Source of the DNA: an uncultured delta proteobacterium
GTDB taxonomy: Bacteria > Myxococcota_A > Polyangia > Polyangiales > Polyangiaceae
Direction of reading: 5' to 3'
Assembly: GCA_963806225.1 (NCBI GenBank)
Contig: CAWDXG010000001.1
Location: forward strand, 1,152,001 to 1,216,000
DNA length: 64,000 nt
In this document: one piece after another, positions 53,243 to 64,000 of the stretch
How the letters are laid out: each line of letters starts with the position of its first letter
Position numbering within the stretch: position 1 is the stretch's first letter
Translations under genes and position numbers: made by a program
Notes under the pieces: model-generated
Database searches by the model: none
Told to the model about the DNA's origin: nothing
The model's input: only the letters and a program-made list of their open reading frames with translations

Positions 53243-56200
53243 TGGCATTCGCTCCAATCGCCATCATCGGCCGTGCATGTTTGCTGCCTGGTGCCCACGC
53301 GCCAAGCGAGTTGCTCGAGCTCGCCCGCGACGGCCGCGACGCGCTTTGCACAGCCCCGCCCGGTCGCTGGCGTCTGCCCGAAGCACATGTCGGGGACAGC
53401 GAGGAGGATGCGGGCACCTGGCGCGCTGGCTACGTCAGCGGCTTCACGTTCGACCCGAGCGGCTACCTGATCGACGCCGATGAGCTGGGACCGCTCGACC
53501 CGCTGGTGCACTGGGTGCTCGACACCGCGCGCCGTGCCCTGCGCGACGCTGGTACGCTCGGTTCCAATGCCTCGCGTACCGGCGCGGTGCTTGGCAACTT
53601 GTCACTGCCTTCGACTGGCGCATCCCGGTTCGCCGAGCAGGTCTGGCTGGGCTCGCTGGCCGACCGCCTCGGGCTCGCGCCCGTTGACGTCCGCAACCGC
53701 TTCAACAGCGGCCTGCCCGCGCACCTGCTCGCACGCGCGGTAGGTCTCGGTCTCGGCGCATTCGCCCTCGATGCGGCTTGCGCATCGTCGCTGTACGCAA
53801 TCGAGCTCGCCTGCCGGGAGCTCCAGCAGGGGCGGGCTGACCGGATGCTCGCAGGTGCGGTCAATCGCGCGGACGACCTCTTCCTTCACGTCGGCTTCCG
53901 CGCCCTCGGCGCGATGAGCCCCACAGGCCAGAGTCGCCCGTTCCACGAGGAAGCCGACGGGCTGGTACACGCCGAAGGCTGCGGGTTCGTCGTCCTCGAG
54001 CGGCTGGAGGACGCAATTCGAGCTGGACGAACCATCCACGGTGTCATTCGCGGCGTCGGACTCGCCAACGACGGCCGAGGCAACAGCCTGCTCGCTCCGA
54101 GTGCGCGGGGCCAGGCACGGTCGATGCGTTTGGCGCTGCAGCAAGCGGAGCTGACGGCCGACGATATCTCGTACATCGAGTGCCATGCCACGGGCACACC
54201 AGTGGGAGACGCGACGGAGCTCGAGTCGATGCGCGCGGTCTACGGCGAACGTCCGCGAACAATCGGCTCACTCAAGGCCAACCTCGGGCACTTGATCACG
54301 GCGGCTGGCATCGCAGGTCTCGTGAAGTTACTTGAGTCGATTCGCGAAGGGGTGTTCCTTCCGACGCCGCACCTGGATGCGCCAAGCGCCGCGCTCGAGG
54401 CGTCACCGTTCGAGACCCTGGAGCGGCCCGCGCCGTGGTCCGGTCCGCGGCGGGCAGGACTCAGCGCATTCGGCTTCGGCGGCAACGACGCTCACGTCGT
54501 GGTCGAAGCGCACGAGCCACGGCGGGTGCTCGCGCAGGTGGTCTCGAACGTGGCGTCGTCCGCGGTGGTGGTCGTTGCAATGGGCGCGCGCTTCGGCGAT
54601 GGCCAGTCCACGGCGGACCTTGAGCGGCGGCTGTTCCGCGGCGCGGGCTCGCCCCGCGCAGACGTGGTCCGGCTCCCGGTGCGCAGTTTGCGGTTCCCAC
54701 CCACCGATCTGGAAAAGGCCAGCGCGCAGCAGACGATGCTGCTGAGCGCTGCGCTCGAGGCGACCGAGAGCCTCGTGCTCCCGCGGGACACCACTGGCGT
54801 GTTCGTCGGCTACCAGTGCGATCCCGAGATCGCCCGCTGGGGGGCGCGATGGCGGGTGCGCTCGTGGGGGGAAACGCTGGGCGCCGATGACGCCTGGATC
54901 GAAGAGGCCCAGCAGCGCTTCGCGCCGTCGCTCGAGTCGGCACACGTCGTGGGAACGTTGCCAAACATTCCCGCCAACCGGCTGAGCGCACAGTTCGACC
55001 TATGCGGTCCCAGCTTCACGACTTCAAGCGAGGAGCTGAGCGGGCTGCGCGCCCTAGCGATAGCCGTGGACGCGCTGCGCCGTGGTGAACTGGACGCCGC
55101 ATTGGTGGGCGCGGTCGATCGGTCGGTCGAACCTGTCCATCAGACTGCGGTGGGCAAGGACGAGACCGCAGACGCCGCGGTGGTGCTGGTGCTGCGGCGC
55201 AAGGAAGACGCCGTGTGCGAGGGGCTGTCCGTGCTCGCCGAGGTGACGACAGAGCCGGACACCGCTGGGGCGTTCGCCTCGGGCCTGCCGTCGGCGCACG
55301 CGGCGTCCGGCCTCGTCGAGGTCGCGTGCGCCGTGCTGTGCGCTGCGCGGTCTCGCAGGCCCGACGGGAGTGCCTGGGAGGAGCAGGAGCGGCGATTGCG
55401 GGTCGACATCGAGGCGCTCGGCGACCAGCGCAGCGGTGTGACCATCGTCGGGCGCGGCGAGGCGGCGGCCGCCATTCCGGAGCCCGTGGCCAACCAGCCG
55501 GTTCTCGAGTTGGCCGCGCATCTGCCGCGGGTCGCGCTCGCGCCGCTGCGGACGAGCGCACAGTCGATGCCACCCGCACCCGAGCTGCCGCCGACATCCT
55601 ACACAGCCCCGCCTGCTCCTGCCATGTCCGCGACCGCACTGCGCTCTGCGTACGGGCCGAACCGGGGCGCGGTTGCCGAGAGCTCCCCGCCGCTGGGCGT
55701 ACACGCAGCGCCGACCGCCGCAGGCGTCGAGGACGCGCCACCGCTCCCGAAAGGGAGCTGGCTCGCCGCGTTCGCCGAGCAGCAGATGCGGATTGCCGCG
55801 GCGCACCAGCGCTTCGTCACGCAACAGGCCGAGCTGCACCGGCAGTTCTTGCAGATGGCTCTTCGCGTGCCGTGGGACACTTCGTCGCCGGGCTCGCCAA
55901 TCGCAGAAGCCGTTCCCGCTCCGGTCGCGGATTTCGTTACCAACCCGCCGGCCGCGCCGATGTCACTCGCGTCGGCCGGCCCGGCCGTTCCTCCCGTGGA
56001 AACGCCGCAAGGGACGCTTGGGGCACCGTCGGCCGTCCGGCGCACACGCGCACACGCGGACTCGTCGCGCAAGGCAGCGCCAGAGTCGAAAGCGGGCCAG
56101 CTCCCCGTCGCGTTCCAACCGCGCGGACCGTCGTTTTCACGCGAACAGCTCCTCGTGCACGCTTGCGGCACGATCAGCGACATCTTCGGACCGCTGTTCG

Positions 56201-59200
56201 AGCAGCAAGACCATCACGCCGTGCAAGTGCGCATGCCCGCGCCGCCGCTGCTGCTCGCCGACCGCTGCACGGGTATCGACGCCAAGCCGGGGTCGATGAA
56301 GACGGGCACCTGCTGGACGGAGACCGACGTTCGAGCCGACTCGTGGTACCTCCACGATGGCGCCATGCCCGCCGGCATCATGGTCGAGTCGGGCCAGGCC
56401 GACCTGTTCCTCATCAGCTATCTCGGTGCCGATTTCCTCAACCGTGGCGAGCGCGCCTATCGCCTGCTCGGCTGCGAGATCAAGTGGACCGGCGACCTCC
56501 CGAAGATCGGCGAGACCCTCGTCTACGAAATCCACATCGACGGGCACGCCTCGCAGGGCGACGTGCGGTTGTTCTTCTTCCACTACGACTGCCACATCCG
56601 CGGGACCGACGGCACCACCCGCCCCGCCCTCGAGGTTCGCCGGGGTCAGGCTGGCTTCTTCAGCACGCGGGAACTCGCGGATTCGACCGGCATACTATGG
56701 AGACCGGACGCTGAACCGACTCCGCCTCCGGCGCGCGTCGACCCGCCCCGGGTGCCGCTGGCACGGCCAAGCTTCGGGCGCGACGATTTAGAGGCGTTTG
56801 CGGCTGGGCGCCCTTGGGACTGCTTCGGCGAACGCTTCCTGCGAACGCGCACGCACACGCGCACCCCGCGCATCCAGGACGGCAACATGCTGTTCCTCCA
56901 CGCCATCGAAGAGCTCGATCCCGAGGGCGGTCCGTGGGGCCGAGGCTACCTGCGCGCGCGTGCCGCCGTCTCCTCCGACGACTGGTACTTCGCGGGGCAC
57001 TTCAAGAACGACCCCTGCATGCCTGGCACGCTCATGTTCGAGGGATGCGTGCAGGCGATGGCGTTCTATCTGACAGCCATGGGCTACGCCATCGACAAGG
57101 ACGGGTGGCGTTTCCAGCCGATCACCGACGAGACCTATCCTCTGCTCTGCCGCGGTCAGGTCACTCCGACGAACAGAGAGCTCACTTACGAGATCTTCGT
57201 CGTGGAAATCCACGATGGCCCGGAGCCGCGAGTCTATGCGGACCTCCTGGGCACCGTCGACGGCCTGGGCGCCTTCTACGCCAAGCGATTCGGTCTGAAG
57301 CTCAGCCCGGAATGGCCTCTGAGTAGCCGCCCCGACCTCGCGCCGACCGGCCAGGTCGATTCGCGCGCGGCCACGGCGTCATGGCAGGGTGGCCAGCCGC
57401 ACCGGTTCGATGCCAGTTCATTGCTCGCGTGCGCGTGGGGCAAGCCTTCGACGGCCTTCGGCCCGATGTACGATCGCTTCGACGGCGTCCGCCGCACCCC
57501 GCGCCTGCCCGGACCACCGTACCTGTTCATCACGCGCGTCACGCGGGTGGACGGCGCCATGGGCGGCCTCGAGACGGGCACCACCTTCGAATTCGAGTAC
57601 GAGATCCCCGACAACGCGTGGTACTTCGACGCGAACGGCGCACGCATCATGTCCATTCGCCGTACTGCTCGAAGCCGCTCTGCAGCCGTGCGGATGGATC
57701 GCGAGCTACGCCGGCAGCACGCTGACCACCGAATCGGATCTGCTGTTCCGCAATCTCGATGGCAGCGGCACCGTCCGGTCCGACGTGTTCCCCGACAGCG
57801 GAACGTTGCGCAGTGTCGTCAGCTTCCGCAGCGTCTCGGCTTCGGGCGGAATGCTGCTCGTGTCTTTTGGCGTGCGTTGCTTGGTTGGCGACACCGAGAT
57901 CTACGAGCTCGAAACCGTGTTCGGCTTCTTTCCGCCTTCGGCTCTGGAGAATCAGGCGGGCTTGCCCACTACCGATGCGCACCGAGCCCTTCATGATGCC
58001 GCGCCGAATGTGCACATCGCTTTCAAGACGCGGCCGGAGAGATTCTTCAGTGGCTCGCTGCGCATCGCTGGATCGATGCTGCTCATGCTCGACCGGGTGG
58101 TGCACCTCGACCTGAGCGGCGGGAGCGCAGGCCTGGGCGCCCTGAGAGCGGAGAAGGACGTCGACCCGGGCGAATGGTTCTTCAAGGCACACTTCTACCA
58201 GGACCCGGTCCAGCCCGGCTCGCTGGGTATCGAAGCCATGCTGCAGCTCCTGCAGGTGTTCATGCTCGAGGCGGAACTGGGGAAGGAGTTCGTACGGCCG
58301 CGTTTCGAAGCCATCGCCACCGAGCTGCCGCATACGTGGAAGTACCGCGGGCAGGTCCTGCCCGAGAACAAGTGCGTTACCACCACCCTGGAGATCGTCG
58401 AGATCGGGCGCGACGACAGGGGCGCCTACGCCCTGGCCGATGCCTCGCTGTGGGTCGACGACAAGCGGATCTACGAAGCGCACCGCCTCGGCATGCGCAT
58501 CGTCGAAGAGGATCGGGGCACGAGCGACGTTCACCCGACCGCGACGCGACGCGACGCGGGCGACACGGACGTTGCGAGCGGTGGCGCTCTCGACATTGCC
58601 GCGACGGTGGATTTCTGGCGTGACTGGTTCGGCATCGGCGCGTGGCCGGCGGAGGACTTGTTCTATGGGCTTGTCGAACGCTTCGCCGCTGGATTCCATA
58701 TCGAAGACGCAAGCGCGCTGGAGGCGCTCCGTGGACGCGGCGCGCTCTATCTCGGCAACCACCAGACCGCCATCGAGTCGCTGATTCTGTCGATTGTCGC
58801 ACCAGCGTTCCACGGAGTGCCGATGCACACGCTGGCAAAGGTGGAGCACCAGACCAGCTGGCTCGGCCGACTGGTCGAGCAATGCTTCCGATATCCCGGC
58901 GTGCAGGACCCTGGCATGCTCACCTACTTCGACCGTCAGGATCCCGGCTCACTATTGGGCATCGCCCGCGAGCTGGCATCGACTACCGCGGCGCGGAGTG
59001 TGATGGTGCACGTCGAGGGGACGCGAGCACGGTCCGCTCGGCAGCGCATCGAGCGAATGAGCGGCATCTTCTGCGACCTGGCGCTCGACGCGGGCGTCCC
59101 CATCATCCCCGTTCGCTTCAGCGGGGGACTGCCGGTCGAACCGGCCGCGAACAAGCTCGATTTCCCAGTGGGCATGGGGAGACAGGACTACTGGCTCGGG

Positions 59201-59527
59201 ACTCCGATCGCGCCCAGCGAGCTCGCGACGCTGTCCTACAAGCAGCGGATCGACCTCGTCGTCGCGCGGATCGTGGCGCTCGGGCCACGGCCGGCGGACG
59301 AACGACCGCACAGCCCCGACCAGGAGCTCGAAGCGCTGGTCGTGGCACGTGCCGCGCGAGGCGTGCCACGCGCGCTCGCGACCGTCGTCGAGGTGTTGCG
59401 GCTTCGGCGCCCGGTAGGCGCCGAAGCCGCAAGACTCCTCGGTGCAATCGAAACCGGCGACTTCGAGCCGCTGGGGAACGACGCACGCGGACGTTGGGCA
59501 CGAAACCTCGCGCGCATGCTCCGATAG
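53242..59527 (+). CDS. pfa3: PUFA synthase Pfa3-type: KS-CLF-FabA-like DH domains-AGPAT (frameshift near 57650)
   Basis: LDAACASS, ECHATGT, CLF SSEELSG, WYFAGHFKNDPCMPG, WFFKAHFYQDPVQPG, acyltransferase NHQT and VEGTR. Confidence 0.9.
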
Positions 59528-59680
59528 GCAACGCTTCGTCTGCAGCCGCATCAGCCGGAAGCGTCGACATCCAGAGCCGACCGGGCGAGACGCCGCACTC
59601 TCCGGTCGAAGGCATTCTCCAAGCGCGAGCAGCGGGTCTGCGGCCCGCTCGCCAGCGGGCGCTTCGGTCGCGCGTTGCGG

Positions 59681-60157
59681 TCATTCGTCGATACCGCGAC
59701 GCCCCTGCTTGAAAACGAAGCGCTTCAGTATCCAATAGCGGAGCACCACGGACAGGAACATGGCCAATGCCGCGACCAGATAGAAGCGATGGTGTTCGTC
59801 CAGGGGGACCCCTAGATGCTGTGTGACGCTCGCCACCCAGGCGCTCTCCGTGAGCGCCATCACGAAGAGGTAGTCGGTGACCCGCACGGTGCAATCGGCG
59901 ACCGCGTAGCGGACGAGCCCAACCCGCGTCGTGGACTGCCGGAAGGTGATCCGCGCGTGGTTCGCGTAGGCAAAGAGCAGAGCGACAGCATGGGCGACGG
60001 CGTAGCTCAGCCACGGTGACACGCCCATTTCGGTCAGACCGACCGCGATCGAGAGACGAAGGGCTAGCGTCATCCCGCCGACGAACAGGTACCGTCCAGT
60101 GCGCGCACCCCGCCGTTCGCGAGGGCGGGCTTGGGCGTTTGCAGGGGCAGAATCCAC
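59681..60157 (-). CDS. GtrA-family membrane protein
   Basis: RYLFVG, FAYANHARITF, LRYWILKRFVF; ~4 TM segments. Confidence 0.7.
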   Translation of the reverse strand: MDSAPANAQARPRERRGARTGRYLFVGGMTLALRLSIAVGLTEMGVSPWLSYAVAHAVALLFAYANHARITFRQSTTRVGLVRYAVADCTVRVTDYLFVMALTESAWVASVTQHLGVPLDEHHRFYLVAALAMFLSVVLRYWILKRFVFKQGRRGIDE

Positions 60158-60619
60158 GGAATTCAGGCGGCGGAGACGCGGGGAGAGCTCGAGGCACGCG
60201 GCGCGTGCTGGTCATCGCCGCTTCCGGGCTGACCCCCTGCCCGGCAACCGACCTCGTGGGCCAGGAAATCGGCCGCGTCGATGCCACATGCACACCGGGA
60301 GTTGACATCAACCGACACCATGCGTCGCTGCCGCGCCGGATTCTAGGCGACGCCCCATCTCCCGTGAACGCTACTGATAAGTACCCCGCTGGCACAGCCC
60401 GCTGGATGGAACATCGGGGCATCTGCCGGCGCCTCTCACAGCCCGCAAGCGGATTCGGGGGCTGGCGTTGCAGGGCGTTCGGAAGCGCCATCTCGACGGC
60501 CCCGGCGGGCGCGGGCAGAGCCGCTGCAAGATCGTCGGCTTTCGCCTCCAGGGCAGCGCGGAGAGCCCGTTCCCAAGCAGGGCCAGGGCCTGCGGCGGAT
60601 CCTGGCCCATCCTGGGGGC

Positions 60620-61958
60620 TGTCGCTGCGCCAGTGGGTGCTCACCGTACCGTTCGACCTGCGCCTGCTGCTCGCCAGAAACGCCGCCGCCTTCGGCGCCA
60701 CGTGCCGCATCCAGGCCGAAGAGCTGCTCGCCTCCTACGAGTGCCGGGCGCGACAGGCTGGCATCGGAAAGCAACGCGGAGAGATCGTGCGCGGCGCAGG
60801 CGTCTCGTTTCCCCAGCGCTTCGGCGGCAGCCTCAACCTCAACACGCACAACCACGGCGCGTTCGTCGACGGTGTGTTCGTCATCGAGCGAGGATCAACA
60901 CCCGGCGCCGAACGCAGCGCGCGCTTCCACCAACTCCCGCCACCCGAACGCGACGAGATGGACGCCGTATGCGATCGCATCGCCGTGCGCTTCCTACGCT
61001 GGCTCGAACGTCGCAGCCTTTTCGCCGTGGAGCCCGATCACTTCAACAACGAGGCGCCGGAGCAATCCGCTCTCGGGAGCTGCAGCCAGCTCTCCCCTGG
61101 CATCGGCGTGCTCACATCCGTGCCCGGCGAGAACGCTCCACCCGCGGACGCCGACGAGCAGGCCGAGCTCGAGAAGCTGAAGCCAGCGCGCGGTCGCCGC
61201 AGCCGCTACCTCGGCGAGGCGCAGGGCTTCGGCCTGCACGCTGCGGTGTGCGTCCCTGCCGGCAACAACTTCGGCCGCGAGCTGCTGCTTCGCTACTGCG
61301 GGCGCCCGCCGTTCAGTCTCGAGTGCTTGAGCCTACTCCCCAGCGGCCACGTCGCCTACCAGATCAAGAGTCCGTGGCGCTCCGACCAGACCCACCGCGT
61401 GATGGAACCCCGCGAGTTCCTCGCCCGACTCGCCGCCCTCGTCCCGCCGCCGCGCACCCCGCTAGTCCGCTTCCACGGTGCCATCGCCCCCAACTTTCCC
61501 CCGGGGCACCGTCGTCGCGCTGGCGCCGAACGCCGGCGTCGAGCGGAGTCCGCAGTCGTGCTCGACCGCGCCCACCAAGCGCGAAGCCAAGCGCCGGGAC
61601 GATCCACAGCCCGAGCGCTGCACGCCAGCGCCCACAAAGACCGCGGAGAGCAATGTCGAGCGCAGCGTCATCACGACGGCCGCATGTTCGCCGCAACCGC
61701 CAACAGCAGACCGCAGCGCCTCCGCCGAGGCGCCCACCTCTCGTGCCGCATCCGACTGCGACCTCCTCCGCATCTTCGAGAGCGCCATCTCTCGCATCGA
61801 TTGGGCCACCCTTCTTCGCCGCGTCCACGACATCGACGCCCTCGCCTGCCCCTGCGGCGGCCGCCTCCGCTTCACCGACCTCGTTACCGAGCCCGACGAA
61901 GCGCGCACAATCCTCGAAGAGCTGCGCCTCCCAGCGACCCCGCCCGCCATCCTCGCGG
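60620..61958 (+). mobile_element. IS91/ISCR-like (Y2) transposase, 5'-truncated and frameshifted
   Basis: RQWVLTVP, QRFGGSLNLNTHNH, GFGLHAAV, LRYCGRPP, FLARLAALVPPPR..LVRFHG, WATLLRRV..D..ACPCGG. Confidence 0.82.
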
Positions 61959-62345
61959 TCAGCTCTTCAACCCGCGCTCCGTCACGATCGCTGCGTTGCG
62001 CTCGTCGGCGCGCTTCAACGCAGGCCGGGCCGCCAGGCGCTCGGCGTATGCGACGAAGGCTGGGCGCGCCTCGATCGTCCCGAACTGCATCATGTAGCGC
62101 AGCGTCCCGCCGAAGATGACGTCGGCCATCGAGAAGCGGTCGCCGAGGACGTACTCGCGGCCTTCGAGCGCGTGCTCCATCGAGTCCAGCACCGCGTCGT
62201 ACACGCCCCACCCAGCCTGGGAGGGCCTGTACTCCCAGCCCCCCATCTTGGCCATCACCGCCGGCTCGATGACCGCGGGCGCGAAGCAGATCCAGCGCAG
62301 GTACGTACCGCGCGCCGGGTCATCGATCGCCGGGGCGAGGCGGCC
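61959..62345 (-). pseudogene. Glutathione S-transferase C-terminal half
   Basis: LAPAIDDPARGTYLRW, YVLGDRFSMADV, AYAERLAARPA. Confidence 0.82.
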
Positions 62346-63783
62346 GGACGACCACGACTGCGCTTGGAAGGAGCACGCGGCCGAGCTGAAGCAGCAGCTC
62401 GACGAGGTGCTCGAGGCGCAGCGGCGACAGCAGGAGCAACTCGAAGCGCTCAAGCGGCAGCTCTTCGGCAAGAAGAGCGAGAAGATGCCGCCGATGGACC
62501 GCGAGGTCCGGCGCGGCACGAAGGCCAGACCCGAGGAGCGCCAGCGCCAGCGCAAGGCCAACGCGGAGCTCCGCGCGAAGAAGATCGAGACCGAGACGGT
62601 CGACGTGCCGGTGCCAGAGGCCGAGCGTCGTTGCCCGAAGTGCCATCGCACCGATCTGAAGCTACTCGGCGACGGCAAGCCGAGCAGCATCATCGAGTAC
62701 GTCCCCGGCTACTTCCGGCAGCGCATCTTCCGCCGCGAGAAGCTCACCTGCCCGTGCGGCGAGTACATCGTGACCGCGCCCGTGCCCGACAAGGTCTTCG
62801 ACCGCACGCAGTACGGCCCCGGCTTCATGGCGCACCTCGTCGTCAGCAAGTGCTGCGACTCGATCCCGCTCTACCGGCTGGAGCAGCAGTTCAAGCGGCT
62901 CGGCGTGCCGATGTCGCGCAGCACCATGACGCACCTGTTCCACCGCGTCGGCGGCGTGCTGACTCCGCTTGCGACGCGCATCCTGGCGCTCATCGCGGCC
63001 TCCGACATCGTGCTCGCCGACGAGACCTCGAAGCGCATGCAGAGCTCGAAGAAGAAGGCCTACATCTGGACCTTCATCGCGGAAAACCTCGTCGCCTACC
63101 GCTTCAGCGCCGACCGCAGCGGCAGGACGCCGAAGGCCGTACTCGGCGGCACGAAGGGCACGCTGCTCGTCGATGCCTACACCGGCTACAACGCCGTCAC
63201 CGACGTCGACGGCCGCGAGCGCGCAGGCTGCCTCGCCCACGTCCGCCGGAAGTTCTTCGAGGCGCTGGACAGCGAGCCCGAAGCGCAGCACGCGCTCGAC
63301 CTCATCCGCGAGATCTACGTCATCGAGCACGACGCGCGGAAAGCGGGCATCGTGCGCACCGCCGAGCACGCTCGGCTGCGCTGGGAGCGGACGCTGCCGC
63401 TGATGGACAAGCTGTATCTGTGGCTGACCGAGCGCCGTGATCTCGACCCACCGAAGAGCAGGATGGGACGCGCCGTCCGCTACGCGCTCGAGAACTGGCA
63501 GGCCCTCACGCGCTTCATCCGCGATGTGCGCATCCCGCCAGACAACAACGCCAGCGAGTCGGCGCTGCGTGTGGTCGCGCTCGGCCGGAAGAATTTCCTC
63601 TTCGTCGGCCACGTGGAAGCCGGCGAAAACCTCGCCGCGCTGTACACCGTCGTCGCCACCTGCATCGCCAACGACGTCGACCCGCTCGCCTACCTCACCG
63701 ACGTGCTGACCCGCCTCGACTCCACCCCCGCCGACGAGATCGACCGGCTGCTGCCGCAGAACTGGGCGCCGGCTACGTCGTAG
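62345..63783 (+). CDS. tnpC: IS66 transposase TnpC (start, tnpA/tnpB and left end missing)
   Basis: LFGKKSEK, IPLYRL, ADET, GCLAHVRRKF, DNNASESALR..ALGRKNFLF, LLPQNW; right end ...GGACGGTTAC at 63817. Confidence 0.9.
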
Positions 63784-63817
63784 ACGGCGTCAAGGACGGC
63801 CGTCGTTGGACGGTTAC

Positions 63818-64000
63818 AGCGCAGCGTGGTCTCGATGCGCTGGTGTCCGGCCAGCTCCTTGATGGTCATCACGGGGGCGTTCTTCATCGCGAGCCGACTA
63901 CAGAAGGTGTGCCGCAGGATGTGGAGGGCGCCGCGGGGCTTGAAGCCAGCTCGCTTCTCGACGCCCGCCATCCACATCCGCAAGACCTTGGGCGTGACGG
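63818..64000 (-). pseudogene. Tyrosine recombinase/integrase C-terminus interrupted by IS66
   Basis: LHILRHTFCSRLA...IKELAGHQRIETTLR; IS end replaces the catalytic Tyr codon. Confidence 0.85.

Noticed and set aside
62293..63825. CAGCGCAG on both sides of tnpC as an IS66 target duplication
   Set aside because: The left copy lies within continuing GST coding sequence, no left IR or tnpA/tnpB is present, and the flanks belong to different genes; probably coincidence

Overview
High-GC bacterial DNA whose gene content suggests Myxococcota (Polyangiales-like; inferred, not proven). It has four parts. (i) 1-10.6 kb: a stress/envelope cluster with CCC and APC-USP transporters, CsbD, an S1C protease, DUF4398/OmpA, a mini di-heme cytochrome and beta-propeller lipoproteins. 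(ii) 10.6-15.1 kb: two related large HNH-endonuclease genes with near-identical leaderless, LexA-box-like promoters, flanking a 5'-truncated rsgA. (iii) ~18-40 kb: a decayed defence/toxin-antitoxin island with HigBA, HEPN, DUF5131/TcmP, two AbiE-type pairs, XRE-ImmA, HNH, a DUF4268 gene split by an IS21, a degenerate HD protein, an OLD ATPase-TOPRIM nuclease and HTH-GIY-YIG. It has many internal deletions, duplicated flanks and a 3-copy REP-like hairpin. (iv) 41.8-64 kb: a tmRNA-like att remnant, then a PPTase, LuxR and a co-oriented run GNAT-like / amino-acid racemase / pfa1 / pfa2 / pfa3(AGPAT), i.e. a myxobacterial-type PUFA synthase with unusual tailoring genes, ending in IS91-like, IS66 and tyrosine-integrase debris. 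Many frameshifts, especially at 45.9-49.5 kb, are probably sequencing errors. No CRISPR array, rRNA or full tRNA was seen. All family calls come from motif recognition by eye, not database searches.
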